A DNA stretch of 63,053 bases, counting the filler, from Octopus bimaculoides (Eukaryota): assembly GCF_001194135.2 (NCBI RefSeq). It is 3 parts of 3 records of this genome, joined end to end, with 100 filler letters (N's around TTAATTAATTAA, not from the genome) between each part and the next. Parts side by side here need not be neighbours in the genome. Positions count along the whole stretch, not along the records: positions 27,943 to 56,108 come from NC_068982.1; 2 more parts are not named here. One strand, written 5' to 3'. Numbering within the stretch: the first letter of the stretch is position 1; every line of letters starts with the position of its first letter. The position numbers and the translations under genes were made by a program. Below are positions 36,427-50,296 of the stretch, in pieces. The notes beneath the pieces were generated by a model. It was not told the origin of the DNA and did no database searches. It was given only the letters and a program-made list of their open reading frames with translations.

Positions 36427-39144
36427 ATAATTGTCTGTATGTATGCATGAATGTATCTATGAATACCGTATGTATTATGGACTTATATGTATTATAGGCA
36501 TGTAACATAGATAGATAGAAAAACAGACAGACACACAGACCACCCGATTTAATCTGTTAGTATAGTTAGTAGTTACCATACATTGAATCAATGTTACACA
36601 ACTTCTGTTCTTGTTTACTAAACAGCAGGGTTTTTTTTATGCTCTTGTCGGTTTTCACATGAGGTTACTTCTAAACTATGTATTCTTGCTGACTTCTGAG
36701 TATGAAAAGGAATTTCTCTAAACTCTCTTGTGGATTTTAGAATGTCTTTTTGAACTTTTTTTTTTTTTTTGCACTTTGTTCACATTTACAGTTGCTGCAA
36801 CAACGAAATTGTTAATCTGATAGGTTTGAGTTCAAATCTTCAATAAGCCTTGTGTCACGTGTTTGTGCAATACACTTAACTTTCTAAGTTTACCAGTCCA
36901 CTTGGCAGGACTGTCGGCAGGAGTCTGGTGGAAATGTTTTTTTTTTTAAATCAGAATAGTTAGAGCGTTGCCAAGAATGCCTCGCAATATTTGTTCCAAT
37001 TAAAGCGGTGAGCTNNNNNNNNNNNNNNNNNNNNNNNNNNNNNNNNNNNNNNNNNNNNNNNNNNNNNNNNNNNNNNNNNNNNNNNNNNNNNNNNNNNNNN
37101 NNNNNNNNNNNNNNNNNNNNNNNNNNNNNNNNNNNNNNNNNNNNNNNNNNNNNNNNNNNNNNNNNNNNNNNNNNNNNNNNNNNNNNNNNNNNNNNNNNNN
37201 NNNNNNNNNNNNNNNNNNNNNNNNNNNNNNNNNNNNNNNNNNNNNNNNNNNNNNNNNNNNNNNNNNNNNNNNNNNNNNNNNNNNNNNNNNNNNNNNNNNN
37301 NNNNNNNNNNNNNNNNNNNNNNNNNNNNNNNNNNNNNNNNNNNNNNNNNNNNNNNNNNNNNNNNNNNNNNNNNNNNNNNNNNNNNNNNNNNNCCCCATCG
37401 CAGCTTGAGTGTCTTTAGCGGGTTCTGCTCGTTAGCGAGCCATCTGAGCCAGGTTTCCAGTTTCAGGATATTGTCCTCCCCTCCATCCTATAGTCCCGAA
37501 GGCTTTGTATAGGCCCATGGCATAACCATTTCTTCTAACTATAAAATAAACTTTAAAAGAAAACATAGGCGCAGGTGTGGCTGCGTCATAAGAAGTTTGC
37601 TTTCCAACCACATGGTTCCGGGTTCTGTCCTACCGCATGACAAGTGTCTTCTATAATAGCCCCAGGTTGACCGATACCCTGTGAATGGAAAACAGCCCGT
37701 CGTAAATATATGTGTGTGTGTGCATGTGAATGTGTGTGCTTTCGTTTATCATCCACTACTGCTGAGCAATCGATGTTGGTTTGTTTACAGCCCCTGTAAC
37801 TTAGCAAAGTAAAAACTAAGTGATATATAGGATCTTGTTAAATTTCTTCCAACTACTTGAATTGTTTCAAATTTTCACCTGATTATTTTCAAAATGCTGA
37901 TGCTGATGAAAATTGCACTCTTTCTTTCTTAGAGAACTTAACATGTCTATATATACGACGGGCTTCTCTCAGTTTTCCTCAAACGAAACCACTTACATGG
38001 CTTTGGTCACCTCTAGGGCTTATACTAGAAGACACTTTTTTAAATCTGGTGAAAACGAATTTTATAAGAACCATTTATATGTGTGTTGGTTGTTGTTGTT
38101 ATATGTGTGTGTGTATTAACTGTTTGGGGCAGATTTCTTAGATAACGTTCGCAACAACCCAATGAAGCTTTTTTTTTACAGATATATCCTTCGGCTTTTG
38201 TTTAATTTTTTTTTATATATATATATTTTTAACTTAGATATAACACGTGCAGAATTGGCTGATCAACCAGACACGAAACGGTCGACGTAGCTAAAGTACT
38301 AAACCACCAGCTTAACAACGAGTAACTTGTAAATTCCCTGCAGTTGAACCCTTTCATTTTCTACAATTGTCTCTATTGTCACAAACACCTAGTTTTTAGT
38401 CGTTGGGGAAACAGATAGGAAAATCATCTGGCAACAACAAATTTAGAGATTTATATCTCCCACATACTTACACCCTGAAACCGTAACTAAGCACACAGAC
38501 TGACAGGAGACCTCTAGGTATTTAGGAGGAAGTTTCTGTTTTGTTTGCTTTCTAAAAATGCTCTTGCAGAAACTTTTACGGATGTTCAACGTAATAATCA
38601 CGATGACATTTATAATAAAGCAAGACAAAGAGGTGTTTAGTGTATAGCAAAATCTTGTGACGTTGCTTCTCATTCATTCATCGGCCTTTCTTATTATCAT
38701 TATTCATGTTTATTGTTGTCACATTGTTATTACATACTTGTCACTGTTTAACTTGAGCCGCAGATATAGTTCTTCTTATTGTTGCCGCTGTAGCTGTTTT
38801 GTTGTTGTTGTTGCTTACGTTGTTGTTGTTGTTGTTGCTCACGCTGTTGTTGGTGGTGGTGGTAGTCGTCGTCGTCGTGTTCGTATATTCTTCTTCTTGT
38901 CATACAATCCCTCTGTAGTCTTTAAATTCGGCATGTACATTTTTGAGTGTGAATATATATATATATATATACATACATATATATATATACATACATATAT
39001 ACATGCATACCTACATCTATACATACATGCTCACATATATTTGTGTGTGAGTGTGTGCATGTGTGTGTGTATGTTTGTAATCAATAACTGCATAGCTCTT
39101 TCTCCCTTTCTCTCCTCTCTTCCTATCCCACTGTCTCCCCTCCA

Positions 39145-39179
<35 letters not shown>

Positions 39180-39309
39180 ATCTTTCTCTAGATATACCTA
39201 TGTGTATGTGTGTGTATGTGTAGGTATATGTGCGTGTGTTTGACTTATATATGTACATACAAAACATTTGTACATACGAATGTACGAACGTACATATTTA
39301 CGTACATAC

Positions 39310-39347
<38 letters not shown>

Positions 39348-39490
39348 NNNNNNNNNNNNNNNNNNNNNNNNNNNNNNNNNNNNNNNNNNNNNNNNNNNNN
39401 NNNNNNNNNNNNNNNNNNNNNNNNNNNNNNNNNNNNNNNNNNNNNATATATATGGGGGGAGGGGTGTACACATAGAGGGGTGTACACATA

Positions 39491-40855
39491 GAGGGGTTGG
39501 ACAAAATAATGGAAACACCTTAAAATTTCAAGCAAATTTATTTTAATATGGGGTAGGACCACCTTTGGCAGTAATTACAGCTTGAATTCTATGAGGTATG
39601 GACTCTTACAAAGTTTGAGTTGTTTCCAAAAGAATTTTTGTCCATTCTTCAGCTAAAACATTCTCCATTGATGATATCGACTCCATTGAGTATATCGACT
39701 CCTTACTTGTTTTTCTGAAATGTCCCATAAATGTTCAATAATATTGAGATCTGGGGACTGTGGTGGCCAGATAAGATGTTCAACTTCACTAGAATGTTCT
39801 TCGCGCCATTTAGTAACAACTTTAGCTGTGTGAAGTGGTGCATTATCATCCTGAAAGATTGCGTTTCCCTCCGAAAACAGTTCCACAACCATAGGATGAA
39901 TTTGATCAGATAAAATGCTTAAATAGTCTTGAATATTANNNNNNNNNNTTGCGTTTCCCTCCGAAAACAGTTCCACAACCATAGGATGAATTTGATCAGA
40001 TAAAATGCTTAAATAGTCTTGAATATTAATTCTGCCATGAAGGGAAACCACTGGGCCGGCAGATTTCCAAGATATTACCCCCATCACCACCACCACCACC
40101 AATCCAGATCACCACAGATCCTCCTCTTTGTTTAACAGTCTGGGTCAAATGCTTCTTTTGGCTGTCTCCAAACTATACTCGGTGGTCGGAAATAAGGTAA
40201 AGGATGACTCGTCCGAGAAAATAACATTCTTCGACTGCTCTAGGAGCCAATTCTGTAGGTTTTTACTCCACTCTGAACACTTTGCAACGTTTCTTTTGGA
40301 AAGTAGTGGTTTTCTGATTGCAGCCTTCCCGTAAAATCCGGCTTTGTGCAGTTTCATGCGAACAGTTTTTGTGCAAACTGGGTCCTCGAGGTGGTCATTA
40401 AGCTCTGCAGTAATTTTGGGAGCTGTATTTTGTGATCCATTCTAACAATTCGCGTAATAGTCCGACGGTCCCTATCTGAAAGTTTTGGTTTTCTTCCGGA
40501 GTTTTGTTTAGATGAGGAGGTTTTTCCCTCTTTCTCAAAGGCTGTCATTACTTTCGGGACAGTACTTCTTGATACACCAAACATTTCGGCTGTTTTCGTT
40601 ACGCTTGCGCCTGCTATACGAGCACCAACAATTGGGACCTCTTTGAAAGTCCGATAGATTTGACATTTTAATGAATTTTAATTGCCTTTTTCTGATGATA
40701 TCCGAAAAGAAACAGCAATTTTAGCAAAACATATCAAGCAACACTAATAATAAATAAAAAAACATAAAAATAAAGAAGCTTTTGGCGGTTTTATAGATAT
40801 CTCAAAGTTATAATGCTGTGATACTGGGTGTTTCCATTGTTTTGTCCAACCCCTG
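39491..40855 (-). mobile_element. Near full-length Tc1-family transposon, frameshifted transposase, DD36E spacing
   Basis: TIRs (G/C)AGGGGTTGGACAAAA(T/C)AATGGAAACACC with flanking TA at 39489-90 and 40856-57. Three ORF pieces: FGVSRSTV..GRKPKLSDRDRR (HTH), VIFSDESSF and FQDDNAP...WPPQSPDLNIIEHLW. Confidence 0.92.
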
Positions 40856-42183
40856 TACATATATATACATATATACATTTATATATAGATATACATTTAT
40901 ATATACATATATATACGTATATATGTGTGTGTATGTGTTTGTGTGTGTGTGGCTCTGTGTGTGTGTGTGGCTCTGTGTGTGTGTGTGGCTCTGTGTGTGA
41001 GCGTGTGTGTGTGTGTGTCTGTGTGTGTGGTAAGAAGCTTGCTTCACAACAACATAGTTCCGGGTTCAGTGCCACTGGGTGGCAACTTGGGTACTAGACT
41101 TACAAAAAATAAGTCCATTGGGCTTGTGAAAGAATAGTAAAGTCTTGTATCCAAGTTAACCGCCCTTTTAACAGATCTCAATGGAGACGGAGAGATTAAA
41201 ATTCCAAAAGAAAACCGAAGGCGGCTTTTTAGTCTTTCCAGATTCGATGGAAATAACAAGGAAACTGTAAGGATAGGGTTGTCCCCGTGCTATCTACTCC
41301 CAGCCAGATTCGTGAAGCTCGTCATCAACTAAACTTGTGGAGTAAAAATAAAACGTCTAGATCTGTGCTCTGAGCAGAGTCGGAGAGTCCCATAATTATA
41401 TCGAACTCACTTCGACCTGGACGGCTCGAACAGACAGTCGACTTATTGGCGCGAATCACTCAGGGATACAATCCCCTCACCTTCAGGACATCAAAGACGC
41501 TCGCTAACCTCTCGCTGTCTTTTCTATTACTACTACAACTGCTACCACCACCACTATCACTACAACTACTACCACTAACTATTATCACTATTGCTAACAA
41601 CTATTACTACTACAACTACAACTAGTAACTAGTACTACTATTACTGCTACCAGTAACTACAGCTACTACAACTACAAACTGCTACAATTGCTACTACTCC
41701 CATGGCCTCTGCCACTTCAGAGACCGTTGGGCTTGTGCCACTTCTATACAAATAGACTTTAATCATTCATTTCTCCTCCTCTCCTCATTGATATTGCGTC
41801 CAAAGGTCAACCCGCAAATCTTACACTGACCATCGCATTTTGTCCATTCTCAGGAACTCCTTTGCGGCCCATTTCTTTTCTCCAGACGCAATAGCTGAAG
41901 AGAAACATTAACGACATCCATTCCGCTAGTCTTGGAGAATCTGTGAAGGTTAATTTCTTTATGGCCTCTGTTTCTTCTTTCCTCAACCAAAATTATCTGA
42001 GAAACTTATTTGTTGTTTTTTTTGTTTTTGTTTGTTTATTTTCTTTTCTTGAACCTTGTGGGTTCGGGTTCACTCCCGCTGTGTGGCACCTTGGGCAAGT
42101 AGTGTCTTCTACTATAATCCCTCGAGGTGACCAAAGCCATGTAAGTGGTTTCGTTTGAAGAAAACTGAGAGAAGCCCGTCGTG

Positions 42184-42216
<33 letters not shown>

Positions 42217-43013
42217 GTATGTGTGTGTGTGTGTCTCTGTGTGTCTCTGTGTGTCTGTCTGTGTGTGTGTGTGTGTGCACGCGCGCGTGTGTGTGTGTAC
42301 CTTTGTGTCTGTGTTCCTCCACCATCACCGTTTGACAACCGCTGTTGATATGTTTACGTCCCCATTACCTGGCGGCTCAGCAAAAGAGTCCGATAGAATG
42401 AGTACTTGGCGCAATAAGTCCTGAGGTCGATTTGTTCGGCTAAAAAATCCCTCCAATGGTGGTGCTCCAGCATGGCCGCAGTCAACTGACTGAATCAAGT
42501 AAAAGAATAAAAGAATACATACATACATACATACACACATGCATACATACATACATACGTACATGCATACATACATACATACATGCATACATACATACAT
42601 ACATACATACATGCATACATACATGCATACATACATGCATACATACATACATACACACATGCATACATACATACATACATACATACACACATGCATACAT
42701 ACATACATACATACATACATACATACATACATACATACATGTGTGCGTATGATTGTGTCTGTACCCAAACCGTTTGACAACCGGAGTAGTTCGGTAAAAG
42801 AGCACATTAGAATACATACCCGGCTTTAAGAAATAACTACTGGAATTGACTTGTTCCACTAAAACCCTTCGGGGTGGTATCCAAGTATGGCCACAGTCCA
42901 GTGACTAACAAGATCAAAAATGTGTGTGCGTATTAGTTTTGTGTATATGTATATACGTGTGTATGAGAACGTGTGTACGTGCATGTTTGTCTGTGTACGT
43001 GTGCCTATGTGTG

Positions 43014-43074
<61 letters not shown>

Positions 43075-43173
43075 ATTTGCATATTAAGGCACCCTGTAAT
43101 NNNNNNNNNNNNNNNNNNNNNNNNNNNNNNNNNNNNNNNNNNNNNNNNNNNNNNNNNNNNNNNNNNNNNNNNN

Positions 43174-43228
<55 letters not shown>

Positions 43229-43959
43229 GAGAGATATACGGAGGCGAAGAAGAGAGTGAAAACAACCCACAGAGAGTCACAGAGAGAGAGGGTAAGTTTA
43301 ATATAGATTCTTTATGCTGCTGCTGCCGTTGTTGTACTTTACCCTCTGTCTTTCATTTACTCAATATACGATAAATTTAAAACTGATTAATTCTTTTCTC
43401 TGTCCTAGAAATTTTCTGTTTTTTGTTTTTTCTTTTTTCTGCAGGTTTATTTTACATTCATTTTGTTTTCTTTTATTTACGTCCTTTTTTAAAGAGAGTT
43501 TTATATTATAATATTAATATATGCGTATGTTGTATGTTGTATGTGCGTGTGTACGTATGTGCGTGTCTATGCATGTGTGTGTAGATGGGTGTTGTTCTTG
43601 ACAGTAATTATTTTGTTCATATTGTTTGTGGTATTGTTCTAAATTGCTAAGAGTAATTTATATGTGTGACGCATTAGTAGTTATCTAGGATTGTGTATGT
43701 GTGTATACGTGTAGATATTCGTGTGGTTGAGATTTTGTGTGAATAAGAGATATAAAGACTATACATGTCTATAAGTGTGTGAGTGGGCGTCGGGCTCACT
43801 CTCACACTTTACACAGGTACATCTTAGCGTCGTACTTACATGGTCTACAAAGGTATTTAATACACACACACACACACACACATACACACACACACACATA
43901 CACACACACACACATACACACACACGCACACACACACACGAGAGAGAGGGTGCTGATGA

Positions 43960-44138
43960 AAGGCCTGGTTAGCGGCCCAGCATTCCGAGCTCTTTTACAG
44001 AGCTTAGAAAAAGTGAAGGACCGCTGCATTAAGTGTGTGAATCTGAGAGAGAGGAAAATATTGAATAAAAGCATAACAGACTGATCCTCCAGTATTTTCT
44101 TTTACCCAAAACCAGGAACTTTTGAGAAACCCCTCGTG
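43960..44138 (+). mobile_element. Mariner 3' end fragment
   Basis: DRCIKCVNLR..IE* C-terminal motif, then the TIR CCAGGAACTTTTGAGAAACCCCTCGTG followed by TA. Confidence 0.7.
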
Positions 44139-44948
44139 TAGCCAAAATTGCAAGGATAATCTGGATCTCAACTGAAGAGAGGAAATTCCGAATGACATGT
44201 CAGTGTTTTCTTTGTATCGTCTATTTGTATGCTTCGTCCTTTTCTTATATCACCTAAACTGTCTGGATGTTTTGCGTTCTTGTCCCATTCTATATTATAT
44301 ATATATATATATATATCCGATAGACTTCTTTAAGTTTAAATCTACCAAATCCACTCACAAGACTTTGGTCAGCCCGAGGCTATTGTAGAAGACGTTTGCC
44401 CAAGATGTCACGCCGTGGGATTGGATCCGGAACCACGTAGCTGGAAAGCAAGCTCGTTAGCATACAACCACGCCTGTGCCTATACATATATGTGTGTGTG
44501 TGTGTGTGTGTGTACAACGAAGAATTATTTGTGGTGTATAGTTCATTTAGCGTTCATAGGTTTCTCAAGGGAGCCTTCTTCAGCAATTGAAGTTAAAACT
44601 GGTTGTACAGTAAACGACCTGTAATCAGAAAGCAAATTGAAATCAGGTGGCCTACTGACAGAGCAGTATCCAATCGTGAAGGTGGCATGCACCAGTAAAC
44701 ATGGACTTATGGATAAAGACCAGGGAGTGGTTTTCAGTAATTACAGCGTGTGTAACATTTAAAAACGCTGCTCCTTAGTAAATATTATGTAATTCAAGTC
44801 ACCCATGAAATCGAGATGCAGGCGCATCACACGCACATACACACACATGCATACGCACACACATACGCGCGCACACACACAAGCACACAAATCTAATAGA
44901 TTTGTCGAATGGTTAATTTTTTAACGTTTGTATATCAAAACGCGTTAG

Positions 44949-44999
<51 letters not shown>

Positions 45000-45070
45000 T
45001 GCAAGAATGAGTGCTTGTCTGTATGTGTGTATGAATGTTTANNNNNNNNNNNNNNNNNNNNNNNNNNNNN

Positions 45071-45107
<37 letters not shown>

Positions 45108-46350
45108 TAGGCGCAAGCGTTGCTGTGTGGTAAGAAGTGTTCTTCCCAACCACATGGTCCAGGATTCAGTTCCACTGCGTGAGACCCTGGGCATATATCT
45201 TCTTCTATAGCCTAAGGATAACCAAATCCTTGTGAGTAGATTTTGTAGAAGAAAACTAGAAGCCCGTCGTATTTATGTATACACACACACATATGCGTGT
45301 GCGTGTGTGTGTATAAAACAAAGGATATGTGTGTGTGTGTGTGTAGTATGTATGCATTTCTACAGTTTTCAACCAATTTTCACCAAACTTTACACAAACA
45401 TTACTTATGTGCCAAGGATGGTCATGTACTATAACATTTTCCCTAGAGCTCCCGTGTGAAGTGGGAAACAAGGGGAAACGGTGTTTTTCACGGGTTTTTC
45501 TCTAAAAGCTTCTGCAGTTTTCGACCGATTCTCACCCTTTTATCTCTGTTTATTTCTCTCTCTTCTCTCTTTTTCTTATCGTCTGTTTCTTTTGCTTACT
45601 CACATTCTCTCTCACCCTCTATAATAGTTCCTCTCTTTTAATCTATGTCTGTTTTGTCACTCTCTCTCCCTCTCCCTCTCCCTCTTTAACTCACACGCCC
45701 ACTAACTTCTATCTAGAAATTGAGTTCCATATATTTCTTTTAGTGGTGCGTAGAAATCTCTGTTGTTACCGTTTCCGTACGTTCTCCCTGAAAAATAATT
45801 TAGTTATTTTTCATTTTTGTCCACTATGTGTGTTTCAATTCAGTTTTGCCACATCTGCCTAAAAACTGACTTCAATGTATTTCAGTTTTGTCGTACGTAA
45901 TTTTGTCTTTACGGCATTTGTACGGCTTTACTTATTTAAATTTTTTACACTCCGTCTATTTAAATACACTATTTACATTTCTTCCTCAATTGAAAAGCGT
46001 TGTGCGTGCGGTCGTACATGCGTACGTATGACCGCTATGGGCCACATACAGCCGATAAGCCTTTATCACTAGCCAATGATAGCGGTCATACATTACAAAA
46101 AGCTATCCAAAATCGACTCAAGTTTTTTCCCTCAAGCTATTTTCCTCTAGAGCCTTATACGCTCAAACGGGGTTTGTAAGTTCTGTCTACAAATTGACTT
46201 CCTTGTCTATATATATATATATATATATATATACATACTCCAAATGGACGCATGACATGTCGCTTAGCCCAGTTAGCCCATTATTTACTCCTGTTTCAAC
46301 ATAACTGTAATATATATACAAGCTATGCCATTTCAATCCTGAGCAACGCC

Positions 46351-46456
<106 letters not shown>

Positions 46457-46722
46457 TTATGTATGTATGTATACACGCTCACATATACGCGCGCGTGTGT
46501 GTAAGTGTGTGTGTGCGTGCGTTTGTCATTGTGTCTGTGTTTGTACCACCACAACCACAACCACCATCGCTTGACAACCGGTGTTTGTGTGTTTACGTAC
46601 CTGTAACAAGACTTTTAGAAAATAAGTGCTGGGCTCGATACATTCGACTAAAATTTCTTCAAGGCAGTACCCCCAGCCAGCATGGTCACAGTCTAACGGC
46701 TAAAACAAAAAGTACAAAAGAT

Positions 46723-46770
<48 letters not shown>

Positions 46771-47573
46771 ACGCGTGTGCGTGCCTGTGTGTGTGCGTAT
46801 CTATTTATATGTCTGAGTATATACGAATAGCTGTGTAAGTATCAATATATGCATATATGTGCATGCATATAAACATACATACATACATACATACATACAT
46901 ACATACATACATACATGCATACATACATCCATACATGCTATGTAGATTTAAGAATGAGATATTTTCGAATAACAATACCAAGGGACAAATAAGTTTCATC
47001 TATTCTCTTTGAGACAGTTCTCTAAGAAAGAATCCTTTTAAGCATAGCGTATTTTCTTGTTTCACGAATAATTTTTTTCCACCTTTAATATAAAATACCA
47101 TTTTCGAAAGTTAACATTTAAGTATTTTTCCTTGCTTATTTTTGAAATCTGACTTCTTTCTACAAAGAATTTTCTTTTTTTACTGTATAGCGGTCCACCG
47201 CAACCATTTTACACTTGCGGTATACTTATATTCTTTTCAAAATTTGGCGGTACACCTGAACTAAAAAATATAACAAAAAGTAAGGGTAAAAAAATTATAT
47301 TCAGGTTATACTGTGGCACACTGTGGAACACCTAGCATCGTTTCGTAGAACACCAGTGTGCCGCAGCATACCGGTTGCGGAGCACTGCTCTATATGTATA
47401 GATAAGGTTATGTTTATTAAGGAGCCCGCTTTGCAACCATTTGGTTTTGGATTCAGTGCCACTGCCCGGCTTTTTGAGCAAGTGTCTTCTCTGCTATAAC
47501 TCCGGGCTGACCAATGCCACATCAGTAAGTTTGGTAAACGGAAAGTGTGTGGTAGCCCATTGGACATGTCCAT

Positions 47574-47647
<74 letters not shown>

Positions 47648-47916
47648 ATGTGTGTGTGAGTACATGTGTATGTGTATGTTATTGTTCAGTTTTATTTCAA
47701 GATTCCTTGCCAATAGAGAAAGAGCTGGTTTCTAACCTAGATTCAAGGCTCCTTCATTGGAATTTCAACATCAACAACTGGGTATTTTTGTATGTATGTA
47801 TGTATGTATATGGGCTCGGACCGGGTATCGAACCAAAGTCTTGTGATCATGTGTGCAACACTCTAACCACTTGGCCACGTATCATCACCTGCTGGGAAAG
47901 GAAACTGAAAGAATAG

Positions 47917-48295
47917 ACAAGAGCACTCAGAGAGCGCAAACCGCCGTCAAGGCAGCACCAACGTCTTCTAAACAATTAGCCAGAAATGATTTTTAAAATT
48001 AGAATATCTGAAATAAACTCGATTGATCTCACAAACCAGGATACTAAAAATGAACCCGACCGCTCTCAAAAATTAGGTAAAAAAAAAAAAAAAATCAGAA
48101 AAAATAATCCAGAATCCTTGTCTGATACCGGATTGATCCCCAAATCTAATCAGTTCGTGCCAGTCACGAGGTGAAACAGCCCTGAAAGTTTCATCCGAAT
48201 CCATCCAGCGGTTATTGAAATATCTTGTCCACGGACAAACAAACAAACAAACACGACTAAAAACAATACCTCCGCCTTCGCTAAGACGGAGGTAA
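47917..48295 (-). mobile_element. HINE/DINE-like element, second copy
   Basis: Reverse complement of 24202-24566. Confidence 0.65.
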
Positions 48296-50249
48296 TTATT
48301 AAAATTGATAGTGACGTATGGCTGATGTTGAAAAAGACTGACGTATCAAATACCATGGAGAGCATTTCATACGTCAAAACCTGACTTCGAGAAGAGTTTG
48401 ATGTGTTAAGTTCTGAAAAGTATAAAATGTAGAGCAAAGTGGATTTAATATTTAGTTGGTTATTGTAGTGGACAGAGTGATTCTAGAAATAATTGCATAA
48501 ATAAGTAGGGTGTACAGCGCGGCGAATAAATCTGAGAGGCAAGTGTAGTAAATGAAATACAATATCTGATTTTTAAATGTTTATCAAAGGAAATATATAT
48601 ATCTGGGTTATCTATTGCGAACTTGGATGGAGAACCAACATGAAAAAGTACATCAAGTTAATTTGATAATTAGATAAATATATATTGTGTGTGTGTGGCT
48701 TATACATTTTTAGGGATATTGAAGACAAGTGTTAAACTTTTGTACTTAATTGATGTAGAATGAAAATTAGCAAGCGATATTTTTAATAATGGGGAAATTA
48801 ATGGGGAATGTATATACATATGCATATGCGTGAGTATGTGTGTGTTTACATATATGCACATATATAAATAAATGGAGAATTCTGACACTCCGTCGGTTAC
48901 GACGACGAGGATTCCAGTTGGTCCGATCAATGGAACAACCTGCAAGTGAAGTTAATGTTCAAGTACACCACAGACACGCATACCCCTTAACGTAGTTCTT
49001 GGGCAGATTCAGCGTGACACAGAAGATGACAAAGCTGACCCTTTGAAATACAAACTACCACTCATTTTTGCCAGCTGAATGAACGTGAAATAAAGTGTCT
49101 TGCTAAGGAGCACAATGCAACGCAAGGAATCGAACTAACGATCTTATGATCGTTAGTTGAATACCCTGATCACTAAACCGCGCGCCTTCTGAATATGTAA
49201 CCCTGAATAAAGGGTAAATGGAAATAACAAATGCGACGACATCGCTCATGCACTAAGGCGCATGCGGTAACTCATATCGGCATATTCTTTAGTAAATTTC
49301 AGTCTAAAAACTAAAATAAAAGTTCTTCGCCTTCAACTCCTTTCTACTTACAAGGGAAAACCACCATCATCGCCATTAACTAACGCCCAACTAAAATCAT
49401 CACCACAACGGCGTATTACCGTTCTTTGTTAAGATCTTTGTACTTAAGGCGGCGCGCTGGCAGAAACGTTAGCACGCCGGGTGAAATGCTTTGCGGCATT
49501 TCGTCCGTCTTTAGGTTCTGAATTCAAATTCCGCTGAGCTCGACTTTGTCTTTCATCCTTTTGGGATCGATAAATTAAGTACCAGTCAAGTACTGAGGTC
49601 GATGTGATCGACTATTCCCCTCCCAACAAATTCCAAGCCATGTGCCTATGGTAGAAAGGATTATTACTATTATTAAATTTTAAGTTTCTTGATCAGTACA
49701 CTGATCACCAATCCATACGCATGTGTGTATATANNNNNNNNNNNNNNNNNNNNNNNNNNNNNNNNNNNNNNNNNNNNNNNNNNNNNNNNNNNNNNNNNNN
49801 NNNNNNNNNNNNNNNNNNNNNNNNNNNNNNNNNNNNNNNNNNNNNNNNNNNNNNNNNNNNNNNNNNNNNNNNNNNNNNNNNNNNNNNNNNNNNNNNNNNN
49901 NNNNNNNNNNNNNNNNNNNNNNNNNNNNNNNNNNNNNNNNNNNNNNNNNNNNNNNNNNNNNNNTATATATATATATATATATCTGTACCTCTACGAATAG
50001 GTATAATGAATAATGTATACGTGTGTGTTTGTGTATGTGTGTGAGAATGTCTGTGTGCGCGTGCGTGTTTATTATTCCTTTCGAATGCGTACGTACATCT
50101 GTGTAAGTTGTCTAAGTGAATGTTTATATACGTATACTTATCCGTATGCATGTGTGTGTATGTGTGTGTTTGTTTGTACATGTATGTGTTTATATATATA
50201 TGTCAGTTTCTGTTTTATGTGCCCGTTTTTGTAAATCTCAGATGCACAC

Positions 50250-50296
<47 letters not shown>

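Noticed and set aside
38560-38635. Plus-strand exon-like segment (ETFTDVQRNNHDDIYNKARQR)
   Set aside because: Weak donor (gtgttt), no match to the expected next BIG3 segment and no partner exons.
39860-40028. Apparent ~80-bp internal duplication in the Tc1 transposase (NIQDYLSILSDQIHPMVVELFSEGNA twice)
   Set aside because: The two identical copies sit on either side of a short N run, the signature of an unmerged contig overlap.
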